From Eledone cirrhosa (Eukaryota), in NCBI GenBank assembly GCA_964016885.1, contig OZ024740.1, positions 222,394,001 to 222,458,000 of the forward strand: DNA of 64,000 bases, written 5' to 3'. This document shows, one piece after another, positions 15,567-27,914 of this stretch. The position numbers and the translations under genes were made by a program. Under the pieces are notes generated by a model. The model was not told the DNA's origin, ran no database searches, and saw nothing but the letters and a program-made list of their open reading frames with translations. How positions within the stretch are numbered: the stretch's first letter is position 1; each line of letters opens with the position of its first letter.

Positions 15567-17328
15567 TCATCATCATCATCATCATCAACGTTTAACGTCC
15601 GTGTTCCACGCTTGCATGGGTTTGGACGGGGGTAGTCCCACTTGAGGCAAGAGTGATTGTCTTGCTCGCATAGGACTGTCTGGCAGGTTTTCTACAGTTG
15701 GATGCCCTTCCTAACACCAACCACATTTACAGTGTGGGTCTGGGAGGTTTTTACCGTGTTGCCTACACGGCCACATCACGGCCACATTACAGCGTGGACT
15801 GTGTGTTTTTTTGTCGTGACACCTACACGATCTCATTTGTTTCGGCCTCGATGGCGCGGCACCAACATAACTTTACATAGAACGGGGTGGTGTGGATCGG
15901 GTGGGGGTGGTGGGACGGGGTGTATTTTGTTAGAGATGCCTACTGGCTGGAGTAGGTTTTACTATATATTTAGGTAAGGCGGGTCTTCTCTGTTACTGAG
16001 TACCGCCAAAGGTCTCGGTCAAGTGACATTGTCTTGGAGAGGTGTAAGTGTGTGATGTCGGAGTTTATCAGCTCGTCCCAGGTTTTTCTAGGTCTGCCTA
16101 TTCCGTGACTACCGTCTATCTTTATTGCCTGCACTTTGTTATACAGCTATCGACTTTCATGCGCATCACGTGTCCATACCAACGTAGCCTTCTCTCGAGT
16201 AAACAACATCTGATCCCTCTTATCTCTAATTTATTCCTTAGTTCGTTTATGCTTTGCCGTTCACGTATATTACTGTTACACATCCAGCGGAGCATGCAAG
16301 CTTCGTTCCTCTCTAGTCTGCGTATATCCTCTGCACACAATGCCAGGTCTCACTGCCATGCAGCATTGCTGTTCGTATGCAGGCATCGTACAACCTGCCT
16401 TTCATTTTTAGTGAGAACCCTTTAGCAGCTAATAGTGGTATAAGCTCTCTGAACTTTTTCCAACCAGTTCTGACTCTAGCTACAGTACTTTCAGAGCACC
16501 CTCCCCCACTGCTGATTTTATCGCCCAGGTAACGGAAGCTGTCCACTATTTCTATAGAACCCTCTGCGCAATTGAAAGAGCTAGTAGGTTTGTGGGCACT
16601 TGCTGCTACTTATTGCACCAGAGCACCGGCCACATGTAAAATCTATGTTCTTAGTTAGCCTACCTGTGATCCCACTACATCTTTTATGCACCCATACTTT
16701 GCATTTAGGACATAAAATGGAGTTTCTACCTACGCCTTTCCTACACACCGAGCACGACCATTTCCCAGAAGGGACCGCCGCCTTGTTTTCTTTCCTACAA
16801 ACTAGTACTTTGGTCTTAGCCAGGTTAATTTTAAGTCCTTTTGACTCTAGGCCGTGCTTCCATGTTTGGAATTTCTTCTCTAGCTCGGCCATTGATTCCG
16901 CTATGAGTGTCAGGTCGTCTGCGTATAGGAGTTCCCATGGGCAGCCTGTCTTGAACTCCTCTGTTATGGCCTGAAGGGCAATAATAAATAGTAGTGGACT
17001 GAGAACAGAGCCCTGATGGACGCCGACTTTTACGCTAAACTCTTCACTATATTCGTTGTTAATTCTAACCTTGCTGACTGTTTCTTTATACATGGCTTGT
17101 ATAGCCCTCACAAGCCATTCGTCAACGCCTAGTTTTCTAAGAGCCCACCAGATAATGGAGCGGGGGACTCTGTCGAAGGCTTTCTCCAAGTCGACAAAAG
17201 CTAAGTAGAGGGGTTTACCTTTAGCTAGGTACTTCTCTTGTAGTTGTCGTACTATGAAAAGAGCGTCTGTGGTACTTTTGCCTGACACAAACCCGAACTG
17301 CATTTCATCTAGGTCGATTCTCTCTCTG
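15567..17328 (-). mobile_element. RTE-clade LINE family A, 5'-truncated copy 1 (RT with PHD, about 400-bp 3' UTR, (GAT)n tail)
   Basis: QFGF, FVDLEKAFDRV, GVHQGSVLSP, YADD, C4HC3 PHD, FRYLG, HGSETW, RRLRWYGH; frameshifts. Confidence 0.93.
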
Positions 17329-17354
17329 TATATATATATATATATATACTATAT

Positions 17355-17471
17355 AAGTTGTAATAAAATGAAAACGAAATTTCATTCTCACTCTTAGTAC
17401 GGCACTTACTTAAATGTAAGTATGTATGTATACGTACATACACATATGTATACAGACGCACAGCAGCATGC

Positions 17472-17502
<31 letters not shown>

Positions 17503-17936
17503 TACATACAGGTACACATACATATATGTACGTATCAGTTTAGCGGACGCTTATTATAGCGCCCGCTTTGTTCGTTTGTAAACAAACTGAACAGCCTGAA
17601 TTTATGCCGTACGGTGTTAAGGCAACCACGTCACCTTTTTGTTCAACACTGACACAGGAACGATGTACTAGTTTCAAGCTTGTTAGCTATCATCAGCATC
17701 GTATACCCTTCTGCCAGATGGTTGAACGTTCGAAAGTATATACTTTCCTTATGAAAATTAACGGCTGAGCAGCCTAATTTGCATATCGAGTGAGTCCGGC
17801 CAGGCGTACCGAGAACGACAAGTTGTAATAAAATGAAAACGAAATTTCATTTCTCACTCTTAGTACGGCACTTACTTAAATGTAAGTATGTATGTATACG
17901 TACATACACACATGTATACAGACGCACAGCAGCATG

Positions 17937-17972
<36 letters not shown>

Positions 17973-18030
17973 CAGGTACACATACATATATGTACGTATC
18001 AGTTTAGCGGACGCTTATTATAGCGCCGCT
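17355..18030 (-). mobile_element. 465-bp hammerhead-bearing tandem repeat (about 1.45 units), retrozyme-like or pLTR-like
   Basis: 'aagttgtaataaaatgaaaacg...' recurs at 17355 and 17820. A hammerhead lies at 17661-17701. Confidence 0.75.
17661..17701 (-). ncRNA. Minimal type I hammerhead ribozyme
   Basis: cgatg CTGATGA t agct aaca agct t GAAA ctag TA catcg. Confidence 0.88.
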
Positions 18031-18346
18031 ATATATATATAGTATATATATATATATATATATACTATATATATATATATATATATATAGTATATATATA
18101 TATATATACTATATATATATATATATAGTATATGTATATATATAGTATATATATATATAGTATATGTATATATATAGTATATATATATATAGTATATGTA
18201 TATATATATATGGTATATATATATATATATATATGGTATATATATATATAGTATATATATATATATATAGTATATATATATAGGTATATATAGTATATAT
18301 ATAATATATATAATATATATATATATATAGTATATATATATATATA

Positions 18347-18382
<36 letters not shown>

Positions 18383-18406
18383 TATATATATATATATATA
18401 TATATA

Positions 18407-18444
<38 letters not shown>

Positions 18445-18454
18445 TATATATATA

Positions 18455-18527
<73 letters not shown>

Positions 18528-18569
18528 TATATATATATATATATATGTATATATAGTATATATATATAG

Positions 18570-18652
<83 letters not shown>

Positions 18653-18755
18653 AATATATATATATATATATATATATATAGTATATATATATATATATAT
18701 ATATAGTATATATATATATACATATATATATATAGTATATGTAATATATATATAG

Positions 18756-18795
<40 letters not shown>

Positions 18796-19067
18796 GTATA
18801 TATATATATATATATATATAGTATACATATATATATAGTATATATATATATAGTATATGTATATATATATATATATAGTATATATATATAAATATATATA
18901 TATAGTATATATATATATATATATATATATAGTATATATATATATATATATATAGTATATATATATATATATATATATAGTATATATATATATAGTATAT
19001 ATATATATAGTATATATATATATATATATAGTATATATATATATATAGTATATATATATATATATAG

Positions 19068-19098
<31 letters not shown>

Positions 19099-19272
19099 TA
19101 TATATATATATATTTAGTATATATAATATATATAATTAGTATATATATATACATATATTTCGTATATATATATATATATTAAATATATAGATATATATAT
19201 ATAGTATATATATATAGTATATATATATAGTATATATATATATAGTATATATATATAGTATATATATATATA

Positions 19273-19364
<92 letters not shown>

Positions 19365-19390
19365 TATATATATATATATATATATATAGT

Positions 19391-19421
<31 letters not shown>

Positions 19422-19772
19422 ATAATGAAATGACAGGAGGCTGGATTTGTGTAAATCCTTGAAAGGTTTATTATACTATGATCATTTCAATGACCGGGTT
19501 CCGTATGAATCCGGTGATATCATCAGGTATTCGAAATATAATACGTGAATGTAATAGGTAAAATCCATGGGGCTATTCTGTTCCTTCAACCTCAGCCAGT
19601 CGCCCTGGAGTGACGTGGCTAAATTTTATAGTATGCTACTAACGGTCAGATGAACGAAAACAGAAAGGGATGGGAGCATAAGTTAACGTCGATCTCATGA
19701 CACAAGGTAAAAGAAAGAAAGAAAAGGAAGGAGAGAGAAGAAGGGGGAAGAAAGAAGAAGAGAAGACAGGGT
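19422..19772 (-). mobile_element. Hammerhead-bearing PLE pLTR-like island, copy 1
   Basis: Matches 21307-21685 (28-bp deletion here) and 27186-27520. Confidence 0.75.
19473..19530 (-). ncRNA. Type I hammerhead ribozyme with a long stem II
   Basis: atac CTGATGA tatcaccggattcatacggaacccggtcatt GAAA tgatca TA gtat, followed by AATAAA. Confidence 0.85.
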
Positions 19773-19941
19773 TATATATATATATACTATATATATATAT
19801 ATACTATATATATATATATATATACTATATATATATATACTATATATATATATATATATACTATATATATATATATATACTATATATATATATACTATAT
19901 ATATATATACTATATATATATATATACTATATATATATATA

Positions 19942-19981
<40 letters not shown>

Positions 19982-19993
19982 TATATATATATA

Positions 19994-20029
<36 letters not shown>

Positions 20030-20047
20030 TATATATATATATATATA

Positions 20048-20091
<44 letters not shown>

Positions 20092-20281
20092 TATATATAT
20101 ATATAGTATATATATATATATATATAGTATATATATATATATAGTATATATATAGAATATATATATATATATATAGTATATTGATATATATATATTTCGT
20201 ATATATATATATATGTATTGTATATATATATATATATATAGTATATATATATATTTTTATTTTTCGTATATATATATATAT

Positions 20282-20318
<37 letters not shown>

Positions 20319-20328
20319 TATATATATA

Positions 20329-20413
<85 letters not shown>

Positions 20414-20450
20414 TATATATATATATATATATATATAGTATATATATATA

Positions 20451-20525
<75 letters not shown>

Positions 20526-20635
20526 AATATATATATATATATATATATATAGTATATATATATATATATATATATATAGTATATATATATATACATATAT
20601 ATATATAGTATATGTATATATATATATAGTATATA

Positions 20636-20667
<32 letters not shown>

Positions 20668-20778
20668 GTATATATATATATATATATATAGTATACATAT
20701 ATATATATAGTATATATATATATAGTATATGTATATATATATATATATATAGTATATATATAAATATATATATATATA

Positions 20779-20814
<36 letters not shown>

Positions 20815-21178
20815 TATATATATATATATATATATAGTATATATATATATATATATATATAGTATATATATATATAGTATATATATATATAGTATATATA
20901 TATATATATAGTATATATATATAGTATATATATATATATATAGTATATATATATATATATATATAGTATATATATATATATATTTAGTATATATATATAT
21001 ATATTTAGTATATATATATACATATATTCGTATATATATATATATATTAAATATATAGATATATATATATAGTATATATATATAGTATATATATATAGTA
21101 TATATATATAGTATATATATATAGTATATATATATATAGTATATATATATATATATATAGTATATATATATATATATA

Positions 21179-21285
<107 letters not shown>

Positions 21286-21306
21286 TATATATATATATAT
21301 ATATAT

Positions 21307-21685
21307 AATAATGAAATGACAGGAGGCTGGATTTGTGTAAATCCTTGAAAGGTTTATTATACTATGATCATTTCAATGACCGGGTTCCGTATGAATCCGG
21401 TGATATCATCAGGTATTCGAAATATAATACGTGAATGTAATAGGTAAAATCCATGGGGCTGAAAATCGAGACCCAAGGGCGACCGCTATTCTGTTCCTTC
21501 AACCTCAGCTGGTCGCCCTGGAGTGACGTGGCTAAATTTTATAGTATGCTACTAACGGTCAGATGAACGAAAACAGAAAGGGATGGGAGCATAAGTTAAC
21601 GTCGATCTCATGACACAAGGTAAAAGAAAGAAAGAAAAGGAAGGAGAGAGAAGAAGGGGGAAGAAAGAAGAAGAGAAGACAGGGT
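21307..21685 (-). mobile_element. Hammerhead-bearing PLE pLTR-like island, copy 2
   Basis: Near-identical to 19422-19772. Confidence 0.75.
21359..21416 (-). ncRNA. Type I hammerhead ribozyme
   Basis: Same sequence as 19473-19530. Confidence 0.85.
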
Positions 21686-21850
21686 TATATATATACTATA
21701 TATATATATATACTATATATATATATATATACTATATATATATATACTATATATATATATATATATACTATATATATATATATATACTATATATATATAT
21801 ACTATATATATATATACTATATATATATATATATACTATATATATATATA

Positions 21851-21892
<42 letters not shown>

Positions 21893-22273
21893 TATATATA
21901 TATAGTATATATATATATATATATATATATAGTATATATATATATATATATATAGTATATATATATATATATATATATATAGTATATATATATATATATA
22001 TAGTATATATATATATATAGGTTATATATATATATAGTATATATATATATATATATATATATAGTATATTTATATATATATATTTCGTATATATATATAT
22101 ATATTTATATAGTATATATATATAGTATATATATATAGTATATATATATAGTATATATATATATAGTATATATATATAGTATATATATAATATATATAGT
22201 ATATATATATATAGTATATATATATATATATATATAGTATATATATATATATTATTTTAGTATATATATATAT

Positions 22274-22336
<63 letters not shown>

Positions 22337-22886
22337 TATATATATATATAGTATATATATATATAGTATATATATATATAGTATATATATATATATATAT
22401 AGTATATATATATATATAATATAGATATATAGTATATATATATATATATATAGTATATATATATAATAGTATATATATATATATACTATATATATATATA
22501 TAGTATATATATATATAGTATATATATATAGTATATATATATATATAGTATATATATATAGTATATATATATAGTATATATATTTAGTATATATATATAT
22601 ATAGTATATATATATACATAGTATATATATATATATATATATAGTATATATATATATATATATATTTCGTATATATATATATATTGTATATACATATATA
22701 TATATATATATATATAGTATATATATATATATATATATAGTATATATATATATATAGTATATATATATATATATAGTATATATATATATATATAGTATAT
22801 ATATATATATATAGTATATATATATATATATATATATATAGTATATATATATATATATAGTATATATATATATATATATATAGTAT

Positions 22887-22936
<50 letters not shown>

Positions 22937-23096
22937 TATATATATGTATATATATATAGTATATATATATATATATATACATAGTATATATATATATATA
23001 CATAGTATATATATATATATATATAGTATATATATATATACATATAGTATATATATATATATATAGTATATATATATATAGTATAAATATATATAT

Positions 23097-23316
23097 GGAG
23101 ACACTTTATTTCCCATTGCTCCAGTTTACTCAGCTGTAGAAATGAGATGATAGGGACCCCAGTCCCTATCATCTTATTTCTACAGCTGAGTAAACTCGAG
23201 CAATATGAAATAAAGTGTCTTACTCAAGGAAACAACACATCACCCAGTCTGAGAATTGAACTCACAACCTTTCGATTGCAAGGCCAATGCTCTAACCACT
23301 AAGCCATGTGCCTCCA
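23097..23316 (-). mobile_element. CORE-like tRNA SINE (family B), 5' half, with a fold-back duplication
   Basis: The minus-strand head ggaggcacatggcttagtggttagagc matches 57927. 23098-23222 is a long palindrome. Confidence 0.85.
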
Positions 23317-23874
23317 TATATATATATATAAAGATATATAAAAATAGATATACAAAAATTAGTTTAGATCATGCTAAAGATAAACCAAAAATTCCACGCA
23401 CCAACACAAAGCAACTATGACTTTCCAATATCCTTGAAATAATACAAAACCACAAACTACCCTGACAGATGGGATGTCACTACAACAAAACAAAAGAAAA
23501 TACATAGAAAACAATAATGGCTTTTAATTTATGCACAAGCCATGAGAATTGTTTGCAAGTAAATATTATTAAAATGATGACCTCAATAATTGAATGGTAT
23601 ATATTTATAAACATATATATATATACTATATATATACTATATATATGTATATATATATATATATTTCGTTTCTGAATTTGTTTAGCAAGATTCTTTATCT
23701 GAAATCGTGTGTTGAAACTGATATTGTTATACTTTTTGCCAACAAGAAACACACGCACCAGTTGCTTTCACTTCAATTTATTATATATTTATAAATTTAT
23801 AAATTTACAAATATACAAACTTATAAATTTCTGGTTGGTTGGTTGGTTCCACAACCAGATAGTTGTTTATATAT

Positions 23875-23919
23875 AGTCATAGTCCTTTCGTCACACACTC
23901 TGTGACCTCTTCAGTGACT
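23875..23919 (-). ncRNA. Type I hammerhead ribozyme in a pLTR-like island (about 23830-24068)
   Basis: agtca CTGAAGA g gtcaca gagtg tgtgac GAAA ggac TA tgact; stem III is imperfect. Confidence 0.75.
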
Positions 23920-24063
23920 GGGGATTCCTTTCCTTTGTTTCTGTGCCTTTCCTTTCTTCTATCCTACGCCATTTTGTTTCTGTGTGTGTGTTGTGTGCTC
24001 AGTTTGCGCATGCGCCACATCCGGGTGTCTGTGTTTGTTGGCAACATGACCCTCTCAAAGTAT

Positions 24064-24120
<57 letters not shown>

Positions 24121-24123
<3 letters not shown>

Positions 24124-24232
24124 ACTATTGAACAAAAGAGCAGCGATGGTTGCTAAACACTGTACGGCTTAATTCTGGATGTTTGTTTACAAACAAACCG
24201 AGGATTATAATTAATGTTCGCTAAATCCATAC

Positions 24233-24238
<6 letters not shown>
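24121..24238 (+). mobile_element. Diverged fragment related to the 465-bp hammerhead repeat, opposite orientation
   Basis: Its reverse complement aligns to 17526-17650 (atgtacgtat..tttagcg..gtttgtaaacaaac..gccgtac.gtgtt..gcaacca..ttttgttcaa). Confidence 0.65.
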
Positions 24239-24290
<52 letters not shown>

Positions 24291-24376
24291 TTTGCAACGA
24301 GTCTCTTTGTGTCTCAATGAAGAGTTAATAAATTAAATAATCAGAGCTATATATCATAAAACATGTCTATAGAATC

Positions 24377-24661
24377 ACCAGATAAAATATATACCATCTC
24401 CTCTCCCAAATAGCATAATTAACCATATAAAATTCGATTAGACCAAGCTATAAGAATAAAGGCTTCTATGAAGAAATCTCCGACAAATAACCGAAAGCAG
24501 CCCCTTCGCGTCGGTTGCGACGGCGTATTTATCGAGTATTTCGACAGCGTGTATAAATCGCTCAGATATACAGTCAACTAAACAGAATTAGGTGTAAAAT
24601 TGATTTTTTATATGGTTAATTATGCTAATTGGGAGAGGAAATGGTATATATTTTATCTGGT
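24377..24661. repeat. 285-bp element with about 56-bp terminal inverted repeats (MITE-like or inverted pLTR)
   Basis: 24377-24432 is the reverse complement of 24606-24661 with about 3 mismatches. Confidence 0.7.
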
Positions 24662-24665
24662 TTTA

Positions 24666-24742
<77 letters not shown>

Positions 24743-24806
24743 TCTCCCAAGGCTCTGTTACCATCAACACCATAAACATAGAGCTGGCATATCTAAGAAC
24801 TGACTA

Positions 24807-24862
24807 ACTGCCTGATGAGGTCATAGCCATTCAATGGCTATCATCGAAATATATATAGCAGT
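24807..24862 (+). ncRNA. Type I hammerhead ribozyme (Naiad-tail family)
   Basis: actgc CTGATGA ggtcatagccattcaatggctatcatc GAAA tatata TA gcagt, followed by AATAAA. Confidence 0.88.
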
Positions 24863-25095
24863 AAATAAAGGATTATGAGTTCATGCAATTGAGTTATGTT
24901 TCGTCACTATATATATATACATATATATATATATACTTATATATATATATATATATATATAAATATTCATTAGTTAACCAAAACAAGACCACACACTTCA
25001 CAAGGAAGACATTATTAAAAGATTGTCAACATATTTTAGTTTGATGTAAGGAATGTAGAGAATAATAATAATGATATTAATAATAATAATGTCCG

Positions 25096-25215
25096 TTTAC
25101 AATTGTTTCGCTACTCCATATAATATTTCTGGATCAGATGACTATATATCATAATTGATCTGGTTCAGTTGAAAATAATTAACATATTTAAAAAACAGAG
25201 TGGCTCATCGGAATT
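25096..25215 (-). ncRNA. Possible variant hammerhead (CCGAUGA core, insert of about 80 nt in stem II)
   Basis: tt CCGATGA gccactc...gagtagc GAAAC aatt GTA aa; stem I is weak. Confidence 0.4.
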
Positions 25216-25397
25216 CAAAGGAATCTTGTTACCCATAGGCAGATCTCACGCAATGCAGCCTCGACAGATAAATACTGCTTGATTATGGCTGACAGTTGAT
25301 GCAACCAAGACACCATAGTAAAAACCAATATATAGAACATTATATTATGTAACATTATTTTAATTTATATTCCTTTGAGTTCCGATGAGCCACTCTG

Positions 25398-25538
25398 GAC
25401 TAGTCCAGAAATAGCTGTCGAAACGGCTTGAGCTCTGCCCTCGAGGTCATACTTTTTCATATTTCCCACTCGACTACCCTAAGTATTGAGTACTCTGGTA
25501 CTTTATGGTCCATCTGTTTCCTTACCACAATTCCTTTG

Positions 25539-25540
<2 letters not shown>
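25398..25540 (+). mobile_element. Short 3'-tail repeat, same family as 41307-41446 and 44918-45057
   Basis: Shared 'agtccagaa.tagc.gt.gaaacggcttgagctc...aagtattgagtact.tggt...ttccttaccaca'. Confidence 0.65.
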
Positions 25541-25589
<49 letters not shown>

Positions 25590-25709
25590 TATAGACATAG
25601 AATATTCGAAAATATTCCGTATGTTTATAATAAACATTTTGAAGACCTAATCGCTATAGAATAGAATACGTCACGTATTACAATTAGATTCTCGATAAAA
25701 GCAAGGGAA

Positions 25710-25752
25710 GTAATCTACGCGTTTCATTCTTGTTAGAAATCATCAGGACTAC
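25710..25752 (-). ncRNA. Minimal type I hammerhead, array unit 1
   Basis: gtagtc CTGATGA t ttct aaca agaa t GAAA cgcg TA gattac. Confidence 0.92.
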
Positions 25753-26019
25753 ATATCCAGTGCTTTTATCGAGAATGACACAGCTAGAGACTTATAGAAT
25801 ACTTAGCTGTGTACAGGAACTGGTTTGAAAGAGCGGTTGCCGGTCCGGCAGAAATTAGAAATTGGAATAAATGCTCTGAAATAGCGATATATATGTGAAT
25901 ATAGACATAGAATATTCGAAAATATTCTGTATGTTTATAATAAACATTTTGAAGACCTAATCGCTATAGAATAGAATACGTCACGTATTACAATTAGATT
26001 CTCGATAAAAGCAAGGGAA

Positions 26020-26062
26020 GTAATCTACGCGTTTCATTCTTGTTAGAAATCATCAGGACTAC
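26020..26062 (-). ncRNA. Minimal type I hammerhead, array unit 2
   Basis: Identical motif, 310 bp downstream. Confidence 0.92.
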
Positions 26063-26329
26063 ATATCCAGTGCTTTTATCGAGAATGACACAGCTAGAGA
26101 CTTATAGAATACTTAGCTGTGTACAGGAACTGGTTTGAAAGAGCGGTTGCCGGTCCGGCAGAAATTAGAAATTGGAATAAATGCTCTGAAATAGCGATAT
26201 ATATGTGAATATAGACATAGAATATTCGAAAATATTCTGTATGTTTATAATAAACATTTTGAAGACCTAATCGCTATAGAATAGAATACGTCACGTATTA
26301 CAATTAGATTCTCGATAAAAGCAAGGGAA

Positions 26330-26372
26330 GTAATCTACGCGTTTCATTCTTGTTAGAAATCATCAGGACTAC
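26330..26372 (-). ncRNA. Minimal type I hammerhead, array unit 3
   Basis: Identical motif, 620 bp downstream. Confidence 0.92.
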
Positions 26373-26958
26373 ATATCCAGTGCTTTTATCGAGAATGACA
26401 CAGCTAGAGACTTATAGAATACTTAGCTGTGTACAGGAACTGGTTTGAAAGAGCGGTTGCCGGTCCGGCAGAAATTAGAAATTGGAATAAATGCTCTGAA
26501 ATAGCGATATATATGTGAATATAGACATAGAATATTCGAAAATATTCTGTATGTTTATAATAAACATTTTGAAGACCTAATCGCTATAGAATAGAATAGA
26601 ATACGTCACGTATTACAATTAGATTCTCGATAAAAGCAAGGGAAGTAATCTACGCGTTTCATTCTTAACAAGAATGAAACGCGTAGATTACTTCCCTTGC
26701 TTTTATCGAGAATCTAATTGTAATACGTGACGTATTCTATTCTATAGCGATTAGGTCTTCAAAATGTTTATTATAAACATACAGAATATTTTCGAATATT
26801 CTATGTCTATATTCACATATATATCGCTATTTCAGAGCATTTATTCCAATTTCTAATTTCTGCCGGACCGGCAACCGCTCTTTCAAACCAGTTCCTGTAC
26901 ACAGCTAAGTATTCTATAAGTCTCTAGCTGTGTCATTCTCGATAAAAGCACTGGATAT

Positions 26959-27001
26959 GTAGTCCTGATGATTTCTAACAAGAATGAAACGCGTAGATTA
27001 C
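26959..27001 (+). ncRNA. Minimal type I hammerhead, inverted arm of the array
   Basis: gtagtcCTGATGAtttctaacaagaatGAAAcgcgTAgattac, read directly on the plus strand. Confidence 0.92.
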
Positions 27002-27154
27002 TTCCCTTGCTTTTATCGAGAATCTAATTGTAATACGTGACGTATTCTATTCTATAGCGATTAGGTCTTCAAAATGTTTATTATAAACATACAGAATATT
27101 TTCGAATATTCTATGTCTATATTCACATATATATCGCTATTTCAGAGCATTTAT

Positions 27155-27185
<31 letters not shown>

Positions 27186-27233
27186 ATAAAATAACAGGAG
27201 GCTGGACTTGTGTAAATCCTTGAAATGTTTATT

Positions 27234-27291
27234 ATACTATGATCATTTCAATGACCGGGTTCCGTATGAATCTGGTGATATCATCAGGTAT
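27234..27291 (-). ncRNA. Type I hammerhead in a third, more diverged pLTR-like island (27186 to about 27545 or beyond)
   Basis: Same family as 19473-19530, with one stem II substitution. Confidence 0.82.
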
Positions 27292-27914
27292 TCGAAATAT
27301 AATAAATGAATGTAACAGATAAAATCCATGGGGCTGAAAATCATAGACTCGACGACGACCGACCATCTAGCATCTTCCACTTTAGCCGGTCGCCCTCATG
27401 TGCTGGCTATTCGGTCTACTTAAGGCTACCTGGTGAGGGGGCGAAAACTTATACTGTGCTACTAACCCCCCGGTCAAAGAGAAGAAAAAAAGACAAAAAG
27501 AAAGAAGAAAAATTCAACGTTAATGTCATGCTACAATCAGGCTAGGAATTGCCGCGAAAAATATTATTCTAAAGAACCTATATCTTAACAGAGGTATATA
27601 TTATATCAGAGGTATATATAGTGGACGTCTGCATGGTATAATGTGTGAACAGAAAATTGGAACGTTAACTTTTTGTTTAGATTTCTAGGATGAAATTAAA
27701 AAAAATTAAATTAAAGATTAAAATTATAAAATTAAAAAAATTTTTTAGAAAATTAAAAATTAAACAGTTTAAACAAATTTAAGATTTTGGGTTGCGAGAT
27801 TTAATTAAAGAATTTACAGAGAGAGTCTATATGAAAAGATTTTAAGTGTATTATAGAGATCCTCGATAAGTTTTCAGGGTGGAATATAGAGTAAAGATTA
27901 TGTCCTTGTTTAGC

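Larger units (their letters stand above)
25587..27160. mobile_element. Retrozyme-like array: 310-bp units, 3.5 tandem copies then about 1.6 inverted copies, one hammerhead per unit
   Basis: Units start at 25587, 25897, 26207 and 26517. Orientation flips at 26666/26667. Units are almost identical. Confidence 0.9.

Noticed and set aside
25587-26666. CRISPR array or plain satellite
   Set aside because: There are no unique spacers or cas genes, the context is eukaryotic, and each unit carries a hammerhead.
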